From positions 3,658,001 to 3,722,000 of the forward strand of contig OZ218953.1 of assembly GCA_965112735.1 (NCBI GenBank): a stretch of 64,000 nt of DNA, in the 5' to 3' direction. Made by a program: the position numbers and the translations under genes. This document shows, piece by piece, positions 34,986 through 48,809 of the stretch. Below the pieces are notes generated by a model, which was not told the origin of the DNA, searched no databases, and was given only the letters and a program-made list of their open reading frames with translations. The stretch comes from Phaeosaccion multiseriatum. Lineage: Eukaryota > Protista > Ochrophyta, other classes. Each line of letters opens with the position of its first letter. The stretch's first letter is position 1.

Positions 34986-37900
34986 TCAAACGTCCCTGCT
35001 GGGCTCCTCGCCCTCCGGATCCTCCATGATTCGTTTATATAGGTTGAAACTGCCGAAACGCACCGCCTGAGCGGAGAGGTAGGGCACGAAGAAGGACCGC
35101 AGCGCGGGGTCAGACCGCTCCGCGTCCAACAACTTTGACCCGGCCACAGACTGCCACCTGCAGGTATACGGGTATATGGACATGTGGGCGGTATATGGTT
35201 AGGGGTAGGGGGGATTCCTGGGCAGCACTCCAACACTACCGCCTCTGCCTGCCTGTCACTGCATCTTCCCTCTGTCCCCTACCCTCCGCCCTCTGCCTTC
35301 CACTCTCTCTCCCTCTCGCTCTCCATCTCTCTCCCTGTCTCCGTCTCCATCTCTTTCTCTCCATCTCTCCCCCCCTCTCTCCCTCTCTCTCTCCCTGTCT
35401 CTCCCCATCTCTCTCTCCATCTGTCTTTCTCCCTCTTTCTCTCCGTCTCTCCCTCTTTCTCCCTCTTTCTCTCCGTCTCTCCCTCTATATCTCCATCTCT
35501 CTCTCTCCATATTTCTCTCTCTCTATCTCTCCCCCCCTCTCTCCATCTCCCTCTCTCTCTCCGCTCACCTCCCCCTGGTGCGGGCGATCTCGTGCATGAC
35601 GTCAGAGGTCCTGACACTTTTGGTGCCATCGCTGTTGGGCCGGTCGGGCAGCACAAGCTCCACCACGTAGTCGCAATCGGACAGGCGGCCGTAGCGACTC
35701 GCTTCCTCCTGCACGCACGCACACACAGGGCAGGGGGATGCAGAGGGACGCAATGTGTGGTCACGAGAAGGGGTGATGCGAGCGAGAGAGAGCCTACAGC
35801 CAGTACTTTTCCTTGCACTCCGCCTCTGCAATATAGGTAACACTCAGCAGACAATCCTACCCATATTCACACGCACAGCGCGCACACACTCGCACACACA
35901 AACTCACTCACTCACTCACTCACACACACACACTCGGCTGTGCCCACGGACCTTGTTCTGATCGTTGAAGGGCTGCAGTGGCTCGGCAGCGGTGCCGTTT
36001 GGGCTGAAGGGCTGGGGTAGCTGTCCATGGAAGCTCGACCGGAGATACGTCAGACGGATCTGGAGCCGGGGGGGGGGGGGGGGGGCAGAAGGGTCGGAGT
36101 CGGAGTCAGACGAGACAGCAGCAAGACAAGCAAGACAAGCGTGGTCAGCGGGGGTGGAAGGGAGAGGTTGGATATGTTGGTCCGTCGAGCTTCTCTTCAG
36201 ATGGCTTCTCAGAGTCTCTATTCAGTCCAGTCAGTCCCACAAGGGGCAGACCCGCCTCGAACAACACCCCCCGTCCCATCGAAGCCTCCACAATCGAACC
36301 GCGGTCCGAACGTGATGAATGGTCTGAACACCGCGAAACGTTGTCGTTTCAAACACTACTCCCCTCCCGCCATCCCTCATTCCTTCCTTCCTTCCTTCCT
36401 TCCTGCCTGCCTGCCTTTCTTCCTTCCTTCCTTCCGTCCTTCCGTCCTTCCGTCCCTCCCTGCCCTCTACCCTACCCAAAGACTCTGTCTGGCGCCGCCT
36501 TTGCTCTACACATGTAGTCTGAGTCCCGGGCCTACCTCACCTTCTCACTGGGTAGAAAGAAGCTCGAGGGGAAGCGGAACCACTCCCCCCCCACGCACAG
36601 GGTCACATCGGACAGCAGCAGCTCCGCCTCGCCAGCCTCTTGGTGCCCCTGTTGGTGCTTCGCGGCGGAGGTGCCCCAGTAGTCACGAAACTCGGTGTAG
36701 AAGGCATGCTGACATGGAAGTATTCAGAATGAAGAAGGGAAAGGAGTAGCATATCAGGAGGGGCAGGGCGGGGTGTCCTAAGGTGGCAGGTGTAACGAAA
36801 GGGTTCATGTGTGTGTGTGCGTGTGTGCAGTGCATGACAGCGTTGCCCTGCGTTAGCATCACCCCATCCCTCCCTCCCTCCCTCCCTCCCTCCCCCCCCC
36901 CTACTCTTATCTGCTCTGCGAGCGCGTCCCAGCAAAGCGTATCACAGCAAAGCAAAGCGTGTCCAAGCCCCCCCCCCCCCCCCGCCACAGCCGCATTGGC
37001 TACCGATAGGCTACCCATAGCTGCTCCTAGGCCGCAAGGCCTGCGCACCTTGTACACATTGCAGGGCGCCCCGTAGAAGCGGACGAGCGCCGAGGAGCGG
37101 CACATGCCCAGGCACGCCGAAAAGAAGGCCGCGTACATGCACAGCAACTGCGGCAGTTGGTGATACAGCAGGCTGCGGGGGCGCTGGGGCGCGTTGAGTG
37201 CGGCGAGGTAGGCCTCAGAGGCGGAAGGAGGAGGCTCGCTCCTATCCCCCTCGGGCGTTGCTTCAGCTTCAGCTCTTCCTTCATTCGCCCCCCCGTAGGA
37301 CTCTTGCTCCTCCTCCTCCTCCTCCTGCTGCTGCTGCTGCTGTGCCTTGTGCAGCATCTGGCGGTACTCCTCCTCCTCCCTCTCGCCGTCGCCATCGGTG
37401 AGTGCCTCCACTTGCGCCTCGTCTGCACTGCCGAGGGCCTCCAGGGCCTGCGCCGTGAAGTCAAGCATCAGCGCCGCACTCACAAAGATGAGAGGATACA
37501 CGGGGTACAGGAAGCGCTCCTGGGTGTGCACAGCGGGGGGAGGGGAGAGGAGGAGAGGGAAGAAGAGGATATGACAACGCGGAATGGATCAGCCCAGAGC
37601 GAAGCGAGTGGGAACAGGCCGTGAGTCAGAGGGAAACGGATAGGCCCAGCACGTGGCCCAGTGAGCAAACAAGGGAAGAAAGGGCTTCCTTCCAATCTCC
37701 CTTGGTTCGTTCCTTCCTTCCCAGTCGGCAAGAAGTAAGAGCCCTGTAGGACGGCACACACACATACCAAAACCTTTTCCTCCCCAGCCGATCGTAACAG
37801 CTCCAGCCCGACCCGAAGCAAGCACCTGACGGAGCTCCCCTCCCTTCCCCTTCCCCTTCCCCTTCCCCTTCTCCTTCGCCTTCCCCTTCCCCGTTCCCTT

Positions 37901-40084
37901 CCCCTTCGCCTTCCCCTTCCCCTTTCCCGTCCCCTTCAGACGGACGAACCTCTTTGTGCGCCTTCGAGAACATGAGCGCCAGCCACAGAAACAGCGGAGA
38001 CGCGAACATGAGCCTTGTGCCGGACGTGCTCCTCTGCGCTTTGAGGAACTTGTCACTGACCCTCTCCCTCTCCTCCCTCTCCTGCTCCTCCCTCTCCCTA
38101 TCCTCCTCATCCTCCTGCTTCTTCTTCTCGACCTTCTGATCCTTCCCGCTGCTGCTGCTACTACTGCTACTGCTGCTACCACTGCTGCTACTACTGCTGC
38201 CAAGCAACAAGGCAGGCATGAACAACAGCGCTCCTCCGCATACGCAGGGCAGCAGCAGCGCGAAGACAATGGAGAAGCTCGTGTTGAGGAAGAGGTTCTT
38301 GGCGTAGTACGTCCACGCCTCCGCCCCGTACAGCTCGTCACCCGACTCTACCACGTTGTATTTGATAATGTTGAGGGTGGGGGAGGTGGTTCTACCGTAG
38401 AAGGCGCTGTCTGTGTGGGTCGTCGCCAGCAGGAGGCCCGCCAGAGACGCCACGGCGAAGACGACGGTTTTGGCCGCCGCCGGAATGCCCCCCTCCTATT
38501 GTATGGTGTATTATGATGTGTTAGGCGGTGGGTGGGCGGAACAAGGTGAAGAAATACGGTACACAGAGAGAGTGGTAGTAAGCACGAAACGAGGCACTGG
38601 GAGTGATTGATGGCAGTGGATGGCCTATGGGGAGGGGCATAATAAGAAACGAAGAGGTAGCGCGGATGGTTAGTCGCTGCAGCAGCTTCCATGGAAGGAG
38701 AAGCCTTCCACCGACCGCAGAAGAAAACAACGCATCACTTTGAGCCTTTGCTATCGCCTTCTCACCTTTTGCATCCTGTTGTGAAGGCAGTCAACCGCCA
38801 GGGGCACGAAGAGGACAGCCACAAAGGGCCACGCCAGCCCGGTCACAGCCACCACTGCATATGTCAAGGCCGTTCATTGCAGAGGGGTGTCCAGGGTACG
38901 GACAGACGGGGACGGGTAAGAGAGCACCGCAGGTTTTCGTTGAGTTAATGCGAAGGGCGAAGGGGCCAGACATGCATGAGGAAGGACCACAAGCAAGCAA
39001 ACAGACAAACAAGACAGTCACCGAACGGGGCCTCCCTCCTGTGTGCCCCACCCCACCCCCACGCACGCACTTACGTCCCAGGAAGATGGCCGAGTGCCAC
39101 TGCCGCTTGAGCCAGGCCGCGTACACAAAGAGCACGAGGATCATTGCGGTGGAGGAGGGCAGCAACGCGCTCGAGGAGGTGAACATGCCTGCCGACATGG
39201 AGGACAGCAGCAGGAACACGCCGCCCACACGCCGGTTGAAGCGGAAGGTCAGGCCCTGGTACAATCGCAGCTCGCCCACGGCACACACCACAGCCCAGAA
39301 CATCTTGACGCCCAGCCACACCTGGGGGCAGGGCAGGGCAGGGCAGGTGCAGGCAGAGGAGGGGCAGGGGAAGGGCAGGGGGAGGGGGAGGAGGAGCTTT
39401 AGCACTGCTTCTCCGAGGTCTGTGCGGATTGTTTGTGTCGCTTCCGATGAGCAAGTGATGTGTTGTGTACATGAGAGGAAGAGTCTGTTCTTGTGCAGCC
39501 CACGCCCCCCCCCCTCCCTTGAGCCGGGCGTCCTCCTGGCGTCCCCTGCAGCCCAACATCACCTGCGTCTTGTCTCCCTCGAAGCCGACAAAAGCGAGAA
39601 CCGCCTGGCAGGCCTTGGCGACGAAGAGCGAGGGCATGAGGTAGGCGTAGCTGCGAAGGGCGTACTCGGGAGCTGAGGGGGAGGGGAGAGGCAGAGGCAT
39701 GGCATGCGCGCGGGTAGGCAGCCCGACGAGGCTGTCAGAGGTCGGGTCGTCTCTCGGCCTGTACGCTCCTCGCTACCCCCCCTGCTTCTCTCACTTCTTC
39801 TCACCATACTCCCAAGTCTGCTGCCCGAAGCCGTAGAGGAGGTAGTGTAGAGGCTCCCAGTAGTTGTACACCTCGTCGCAGTCGTCCACACACGTGCACC
39901 GCGCGGCCAACACGCGCACCACCAGCAGGAAGACGAAGGCGACGAAAGGGGCGGGGGCCCACACCATCAGAGAGGTGCGCTGGGTGGTAACCTGCTGCTC
40001 GTCAGTGTCCTCCTGCTCTTCTCGCGGCGACACTTGCACAGCCACTTTCGGCCGACCTCTCTCCGAAGCCTTTTTCTTCCCCAT
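34986..40084 (-). CDS. ALG9: Alpha-1,2-mannosyltransferase ALG9 (GT22), multi-exon
   Basis: Motifs DCDEVYNYWEPLHYLLYGFGQQTWEY-APEYALRSYAY, GMFTSSSALLPSS, LNIIKYNV...ELYGAE, HKEERFLYPVYP, CVGGEWFRFPSSFFLP, F.GQLPQPF, FNDQNKEE.SRY...CDYVV and RSFFVP occur in order. ATG at 40084. Confidence 0.96.
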
Positions 40085-40434
40085 AGTTGAACGCAGGGAA
40101 GGGAGAGGAGGCCGAGGAGGCGCAAGAAGAGAAATTGGTGATTGGTGCCTAAAGATTGAAAAGATTGGCCTTCCACTGCCATCTACTACCCGACCGCCGT
40201 CGGATTGGATTGGCGTTTTCTGAGAGCGCGGGATGCCCTTTATGTTAACGTTGCTTGGCTCTTGCTCTTGACAAGGGTAGTAGATGTCAACGACAGACAT
40301 TGTGTTTGATAGCATGAGAGAGGATCGAAGCGTGCAAGAGATGCGCTTTCGAGAAGAGGTGGTATTAAGATGAAAGAGGGGGAAAGGGGGAAAGGAAATA
40401 GCTGAGGCACGGAAGGCTTCAATCCTGAAGAAGC
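40085..40434. promoter_or_regulatory. Short divergent promoter region, ALG9 / giant EH-ARM gene
   Basis: Head-to-head ATGs 350 nt apart; inferred from geometry. Confidence 0.5.
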
Positions 40435-43400
40435 ATGGGTTCCTCAGGGAGTACACTGAGCTTCGACCGCCTGCAAACTCTCACTAGCCATGAGCTGGCA
40501 GAAGAGGTGAGTGAATGATGAAGGCTCGATCGAGTCAATCAGACGAAGCGCTCCACAGGGGGATCTCGCCTCCCTCGCTCTCCGCCCACCCCCCCCTTGG
40601 TTCGTTCGCTCACCACCCTGCCCCTTCCAGATGGTGGCCGAGCTCGGGGAGGAGTGGAGAATGTACGAGCCCGTCATCGCCACGGCCTGCATCTCCGGCT
40701 CAGTCATCGCCGAGCTCAGCCCGGGCGACCTGCGAGTGTTCCTCAACAGCGTCGGAGTCACCTTTTTGCCCCACTTAGAGACTCTGGACCGTATCGTGCA
40801 GAAGCTTCGGACGGAGAAAGAGGAGTCACGAGCACACCTGCTAACCACGGGGTCTCCGTTCTCCTTCCGAACCGTGAGGGCCTTGAAGACGCATCATCTG
40901 GCGTACGTGTGTCACCACGAGCGGGAAGGGGAGCAGCGGCAGGGGCACGGGGCGGCAGGAGAGACGCAGCGGAAGCTCAGCTTGACGGCGGCAGCTGTGG
41001 CAGCCGCCGCGGCCCCACCTTCCGTCACGCCTCCCCTCCCCTCTCAGCTGCACTTGCTTGAGCTGGGCGGTGAGGAGCTGCACTTGGCCTCGCCATCCTC
41101 GACAGCCGAAAGCGGCCAAGGAGGAGGAGGGGGAGGGGCAGGAGAGGTTGTGACGGAGGAAGACGGGGGAAAGACCTCCTGGTTCGCCGCCAACTCCTTC
41201 GCTACCAAGCTCCAGCAGCAGAGCTCGAGGGTGTGGCAGGTGCCACGAGACACTCGCCTGAGCGTGTACCTCAGACCGAAGCTAGGAGCGCTCTCCACCC
41301 CCCCTGCCTCTGCTCCTGGTGCCCCGCCTTCTAGTGGTGGCGGAGGCCTTTCGAGGGGGCAGATGGAGCGATTCCTAGTGCAGCTGCGAAGGTCCCTCAA
41401 CGTGTGCGTGTTGGTGGACAGCGGCGCCCCCACCGACCCGCAAGTGCTCATCGAATGCTACGAGGCATGCGCACACGGCATTAATGCCATCCCAGTGCGG
41501 CTCAGGGGGCCAGGGCAGAGGGAGATTCGCGACTGGCTACCCTGGACCCTCGGGGGCGGGGGACTCAATGAGAAGGAGGAGGAGGAGAAGGCGCAGCGGA
41601 GACTGGCCGCGGATGCCCTGGCTGCTTCCCGGGGGGGGCAGCAGCAGCAGCAGCAGCAGGAGGAGGAGGAGGAGGAGGAGGAGAGCGAAGAGGCAGAGCA
41701 GCTGCGCTTCTTTTGGAAGCAGTACGCGCTCACCATCCCGTGCGGCACCCGTATCGTGCTGCACCAGCTTGGCTACCCGGTGAAGGACTGTGTGGCAGCG
41801 GTGCGGCACGTGCTCTCCAAAGCCCCCATGGACTTTGACGTTACGCTGGATGACGACGCCCTCCGTTCACAACTCTCTCTATTACTGCAGGCAGATTATA
41901 AGGTCAATGCTATGGCTGCCAAGGCGGTGGGGGGGGGCGTATCTCTGAAATGGGCTGTGCGTCAGCCTCCCTCCGCGGCTGCGGGAGGGGGCGGGGGCGG
42001 CCGCCAGAGGGGGGGAAGGGGGGGGAGCGGGGAGGGAGCGGTCGGGGCGGCAGGGGCCGGCGCGTTCGAGGACGTGGTGCCCATTCGGACGAGGCAGGAG
42101 GTGCTCGATCTCATCAAGAAGGAACAGGTGGGTGGAGGCACACGGGGAGGACGGGGGAGAGAGGGAGGGAGGAAGGGAGGCATAGCGCTCCTCTGAGAAT
42201 GCCAGGACAGAATCCATCCCACTCCTTTCATTAGCTTCAGACAAAGGCCTCTACCCCCCCCCCCGCCCCTCAACCCCCACACTCTGTCCCCCAACTCTGC
42301 CCCCCTCCCCCCCTTCCCCTCCCCCCCTTCTCCTCCCCCCCTTCCCCTCCCCCCTCCCCCCTCCCTTTCATCAGCTGGACATAACGCGGCTGTCTCGCTC
42401 CATCGTGACTCGCATGCGCCGCGTCGAGGTGTCGTGTGACAGACAGTGGCAGGGGGCAAGGGAGCTTGCACTGCTGGCGGGGAGGGACAGAGAGGCCAGA
42501 GATGCGCTGGGCAGAGAGGGGGCTGTCAAGGCCCTCGTCAGGGCATCCATGAGGTGGGGAGAGGAGGGATGGCAGTGGACGGCAATGGATGGAAGGGAGG
42601 GAGGGAGGGACGGACGGGGAGAGGGAAAGAGTATAGCAATTCCTTTCCCGGGCATGCGTCGCTGTCCGTCCATGGGTGCTTCTGCCTTACTGCCTCTACC
42701 TTTCCCGTACACCTCTGCCTGACTGCCTTTGCCTGTGTGTCTCTGTCTGCAGGTTCCCGGCGGACGAGGACGTCCAGAAATGGACGTGCCAGGTGAGAAG
42801 GTGGGGCGTGAGTGGAGTGCGTGCGCGCGTGCGTGCGTTATAGAGAGAGGGGATGCATCTGTGAGAGACCGTTCGCCTTCCTTCCTTCCTTCCTTCCTTC
42901 CTTCCTTTCTTTCTTCTTTCCTTCTTTCCTTCCTTCCTTCCTTCCTTCCTTCCTTCCTTCCTTCCTTCCTTCCTTCCTTCCTTCCACCCATCGATCCATC
43001 CTTCCTTTCCCTCCTTTCATCCTCCACGGAAGAGAACAAACCGTGTCGTGTTCGCATCCCAGAGAGTGAGCCCGCCCGGTCTTTTTGCTCCCTGACCCCT
43101 CACCGATGGCACCCTGCGGTCCCGACCTACTCCCCCCATACCACCCCACTCACTGACGCAGGCCATCGCGGAGCTTGCCCGTGACCCCGAGTGGCGCCAG
43201 GCGCTGATCGAAGAAGGAGCCGTGGCTGCCGTCATGAACGGCTTCTCCCTGCTGCAGGTCCAGCAGCGACGAGCAAGTATTTTGCTTCTTGGGGGGGGAG
43301 GTAGTGGCAACTTGGCGAGGGGAAGAGGCAGTGCAGGCAGGCAACAGTGCAAGCTGGCAAGACTGCTGTGGAAGGCCATCATCCTGCCGCAGGTTGAGAG

Positions 43401-46400
43401 GTCTAGGGAGAGGGTGGAGGTGATAAAGAGGAGAGAGGAGGCGCTGCTCGAGAAGCTAAGGAGGGAGGAGGAGAGGGAGCAAGCACAGGCCGATAAGGAC
43501 ATTGTTCAGGAGATGGACAAGGAGTTGAAGGGGACGGCGGAGGGGGGGGGGGGGGGAGATGGGAGCGAGAGCGGAGAGGGCAGCGACGGTGATGAAGACG
43601 AGGATGAAGAGGAGGATGGAGAGGAGGAAGAGGAGCGAGAGGAGGGAGCCAAGAGCAAGGGTGGCCACGATGGCCACGATGATGAGCACGGCGAAGACAA
43701 AGAGGTGAGTGGCAGGAGCTCAGCTTCAAGACCTCCTGAGGCCTCCCGAGGCCTCCCTCACAAGAAAACGCGTCTGTCCCTGGCTCTCACCCTCGTCGCC
43801 CCACACCCGCCCCTTGGCAGCAGGAGAGGAAGCACAAGAGTGCAGAGGAGATCGAGCGTGCCCAGCGAGAGAGGGAGGAGAAGGCCCGTGCAGACGCGGA
43901 GGAGAAGAAGAGACGCAAGGCGCAAGAGGAGGCCGACCGTAAAGCACGCGAGGAAGCGGAGCTGGAGGCAGCCAGGAGAGCCATTCTAGAGGACCAGAGG
44001 AGGTAAGTAATGTTACGTGTATTGAGAGGCCGGGGGGGGGGGAGAATGCAAACTACGACCCCACCAGGGGTAGAGGTGAGGGGGGAAAGCTTACGTACTG
44101 GGATGACTCCACTCCAGCCCCCACATCCCCCCCGTTGATCGCCTTGCCTAAACTCCCTCTCTCTCTGTCTGTCTGTCTCTCTGTCTCTCTCTGTCCCTTG
44201 CAGGAACGAGGAGGAAAACGAGCGACAGGCCGAGCTGGAGAGGAAGGAGCTCGAGAGGAAGGATGCAGAGGCCCTGGCTCTGGCGTGGGACATGAACAAC
44301 GCCGACAGGAGCGCTTACGACAAGGCCTTCGCCAAGCTCGACAAGGACAAGAGGCTCAAGCTCAGCAGGTTCGTCTTTCGATCGGTTGCTGAGCCGTCGG
44401 TCGGTCGGCCGGCAGAGAGTGGGAAGATGAGAGAAGAAAAGCATCCGGGGGTTTGTTACAAAGAGGAGGAGTAGGGGCGTCTACTGCCATCCCGACATAC
44501 TGTCATTGACATACAATGCACCCCCAACCCCCACAGGAAAGAGGCTCAGCCGTTCCTGGCCCGTGCGGGAGAAAGCATGTGCGAGGGGGATGTGCTCGCG
44601 GCCTGGGAGCTTGCGGATCTCAGCGGCGATGATGTGAGTGCCAGTTTCAGGGCCAATATCCCTGCCAGTTGCACTTGCCTTTGCCGTTGCCGCTCTGAGC
44701 GGTGCTCTCATGTGCCCTTTGATCGATTCCATATTTCCAATTTCAGCTCTTGGAGCTTGGCTTGTTCGTTGCCCTCGTGGGCATCGTGATAAGTGAGCTG
44801 AGCTTTGCAGAAGGGGTATTGGGGGGGGGCGGGCTGGTACATGGACAGACAGACGCGTTTGAGAACATTCCTTATTCATCGTTTCAAAAGTTCCTTATCA
44901 CTTTTTCTAACTCGACCACCAACATCTGCTGCCATCTCTACCATCTGCTGTCATCTGCCCGCAGGCGTTGGACCCCGACGAGTTCCGTATCTGCTTCCAC
45001 CTTATCCGAAACGTCACCAAGCGGGGTCTGGAGCTGCCCGTAGCGCTGCCGCCCAACCTCTACCCAAGGGGCTGGCACGGCAAGAGAGGGCACAAGAGGC
45101 TTCGTAAGACGGCGGCAGAGCTGGCCAAGGAGGAGGAGGAGGGGGAGGAGGGGGAGGAGGGGGAGAAGGGGGAGAAGGGGGAGAAGGAGGGGGGAAAGAC
45201 GAAGCGTAAGGAGAGGAAGGCCAAGGATAAAGAGGGAAAGAGCAAGGAGGGCAAGAGCAGCGGGCAGGCGGAGGACAAGCACGAGAGAGAAGGAGGAGAG
45301 GCCAAAGAGAAGAAAAAGGCCGAGAAGAACAAGGCTGAAAAGAAGAAGACGGTCGAGAAGACTAGCGTCGAAAAGAAGAAGGTCGACAAGAAGAAGCACA
45401 AGAAGAAAGGTATGTCCGAGGAGGAGTCCAACGCCTACGCCATGAGCTCCAAGGAGAGGCAGGCCTACAAGGCAGTCTTCACCCGCCTTGACAAGGACGG
45501 CAGAGGCGCTCTCTCCAGTCAGGAAGCGGCGGCGGCACTGCTCAAGAGCGGTTTGTCCAAGGACAAGCTCAGGCAGGTGTGGGGCCTCTGCTTAGCCGTA
45601 CCACGGGCTGGGGGAGGAGGGGGGGAACTGGAGGAGGAGGGGTTTTGCGTGGCGTTTCATCTCATCGTGTGCGCCACCAAGAAGGGGCTTGATGTGCCTG
45701 CGGTGCTGCCTCCGAGCTTGGGGGGGGTGGGGGTGGGGAAGGGGAAGGAGGAGGAGGAGGGGGGAGAGGGGGGAGGGGAGGCGGGGGAGGGTGCGAGCAG
45801 CAAGGAGAAGCGAAAGAAGAACAAGAAGAAGCACGACGAAGGCACAGGGAAAGCAGAGGCAGGACCGACCGACAGCAAGGGCCAGCAAGGCAAAAGTAAG
45901 TCCGAGAGCGCGAAGGACAAGGACAAGGGCAAAGATATTGAAGCTCCGGCGGCGGGCACAGGGGAAACCGTCGTCGCAAAGACTGAGAAGAAAGGGTTCT
46001 GGGGAAGGAAGAAGGGCGGCGGCGAAGCAGTTGGTGATACAGCAACAGGGAGCAAGACCGGGAAGGCTGGGAAGAAAAGGAAGCTTCCTTCTGGCAGCAC
46101 TGGGGCCGAAGGGGAAGTGGGAGCAGCAGCGGATGCGGCAGCAGCAGCGGATGCGGCCGAGGGAGACAAGCACGAGCACAAAAAGAAGAAGAAGAATACC
46201 GACAAGGGCAAGGACAAGGGCAAGGGTAAGGGCCCCAGCACAGGCACTGACACTGGCCCCGGCCCTGGCTTGGGTAAGGGCGCAACGCCCAGCGACGAGG
46301 CCTACGCCCTGCGGGACGGAGATAAGGAAAAGTACAGAGAGGTCAGTCAGTGAGGGCAGGGGGGAGGCGCGGGGGGGGTATTCGGTGTGACTAGCTGCCG

Positions 46401-48722
46401 TTCGACTGCCTAACTATCGAGTGGCCAACACCTGTCGAATGTATGACCAACTGCCTCAGATCTTCTCGAAGCTGGACGTCGACAAGAGCGGCACCCTGTC
46501 CGGGACGGAAGTGGCGGGACTCTTACGTAAGAGCGCCATGGGGCAGGCAGATCTCAAGAAGGTCTGGCGACTCGCAGCAAGCAGCGGCACAGCAGGTAGC
46601 ACAGCAGCAGCTATCAAAGCAGTCGGCAACGGGGCTGCGAAGGAAGGAGAGGCGGAAGCGGCTGGGGCAGGGGCAGAGATGCAGGAGGAGCTGACGGAAG
46701 AGCAGTTTTGTACGGCGTTTCATTTGGTGATTTGCGCCACCAAGAAGGGACTGCCCGTGCCGCACCGTCTGCCGCACAGCTTGGGGGGAAAGCGGCACAA
46801 GGAGGGAAAGAAGAAGGAGAAAGGGGAGAGGAAAGAGAAGGGGGAGAAGGAGGACGCGAAGGAGGAGAAGAAGGACAGCGGCGATGGGAAGGGCGGGAAG
46901 GGAGGTCACTCGAGGAAGGAGGAGGAGGGTTTGAGCAAGAGCGGTGCCGCGGTTGGTGGTACAGCAGCAGAGACCTCACAGGCGCTGGTTGTCGCCAACC
47001 CTGCCGAGGGCGACAAGCCCACAGAAGACCCGACGGTAACCGCCATTGGTCTTGGGGTGAAGCAACCCGGCGGAGGTGAAGGGGAAGAAGAGACGGCAAT
47101 GGATGATATGGATGTGGAGGACGTGTTTGCCCTGAGCGACGAGCAGCGCTTCGAGTACGAGCTCAAGTTTGCAGAGGTTGATGCTGACGATAGCGGGCTC
47201 ATCAGCAAGGCCGAGGGGACACCGCTGCTCACACGCACTCTCCTCACACCACCCATCACTCCTGAGGCCGCCGCCGCCGCCGCTGCTGCTGCTGCTGCAA
47301 AGACCAAGGAAGAGGGCAGCAAGGCAAAGGCGAAAGAGGGGGGTACCAAGGTGGGGGGCTGGGTAGCGGGGCGGGCGGGGGGGAAGAACAAGGCCCAGGG
47401 GGACAACAAGGAGGCAGGAGCAACTGCCGCGGCTGCCGCGCCTGCACCCACTGAGGAAGACAGAAAAATGCTCAAACAGATATGGGTCCTCTCGGGTGCG
47501 TGTGCGCGTGTGTATGCGTGTGTGAGTATGTGTATGTACGTATGTGTGTGTGCTCGTGTGTATGAGTGTGTGAGTATGTGTGAGTATATGCGTGTTGTGT
47601 GTGTGTGTAGTGTCATTGCATTACTGAGGACGAGGCGAGGGCATATGGACACATGAACACATGAGCACATATGAATGAAGGGACAAACACAGTATCACTC
47701 ACCCCAGACGACCGATCAGGCGAGAAGAGTAGGCCTTGGACTCGACCCTACCCTTGTACATGTATCCACGCGTATACCTCCCTCCCCCTATCTCCCCCCG
47801 CTCCCCTACCTCCTAGCCTGTAACTCGAGCCCCGAACCTACCTCTCTTACCGTGTCTCCTCCTCCTCCTCCTCCTCCTCCTCCTCCTCCTCCTCCTCCTC
47901 CTCCTCCTCCTCCTCCTCCTCCTCCTCCTCCACAGACCGCGATCGCGATGGACAGCTCTCCCCCCCGGAGTGGGTGGCGGCCATGCACATGTGCCACTGC
48001 ATAAGTCAACAAAGGGCGCAGAAGCACCCCAACAACGCCGTGGTGCCCGAGCGTCTACCCGAGTGCCTGGGAGGCCCACGGGCCAGAGGGGGCAAGCACA
48101 AGAAAGTGGGGGGGGGGCGAAAGAAGAGGAGACCCAAGTCTTCCAACCAGCCGAGAACGAACGCCGAGAAGGCGGCCGCCGCCTCCGAAGCCGCTGCAGA
48201 GGCACGCCGAGCAGCAGGAGCAATGCTTAAGGCCACGCGTGACTACCGATCGGGCAAGCTCGGGGCGGCTCGCTACTACATGGTGCTGGTGGACGCGTTT
48301 GGGGATCGCAAGATCGAGGTCATGAGGACCAAGGTGCTGCGGGGCATCCCTATGGATCGGGCCATGCGTCTCATCAAGGCGGCGGGCTTAGGGCCCGAGC
48401 TCACTCAGGAGCTGAGGCGTGAGAGAGCAGAGATGGAGGAGGACCTCATTGCTGAGCGGGAGGCACGCAGAGCGCAGGTGAGCCTTTTGTGCGTTTGTGC
48501 GTGAGGGATAAAGGGAGGAAGGAAGGGAGGGAGGGAGGGAGGGAGGGAGGGAGGAAGGGAGGGAGGGAGGAAGGGAGGAAGGAAGGGAGGAAGGGAGGGA
48601 GGGAGAGACGGCAAGAAGTGGGCCAGGGCAGGGGCAGGGGGCGGGGCGGGTGGGAGCGTGTTCTTCCCTGGCTTCTTGTCTTACTTACCGTTTCTGTGAC
48701 GTCATAGCTGCCCCCCTCGCAG

Positions 48723-48809
<87 letters not shown>

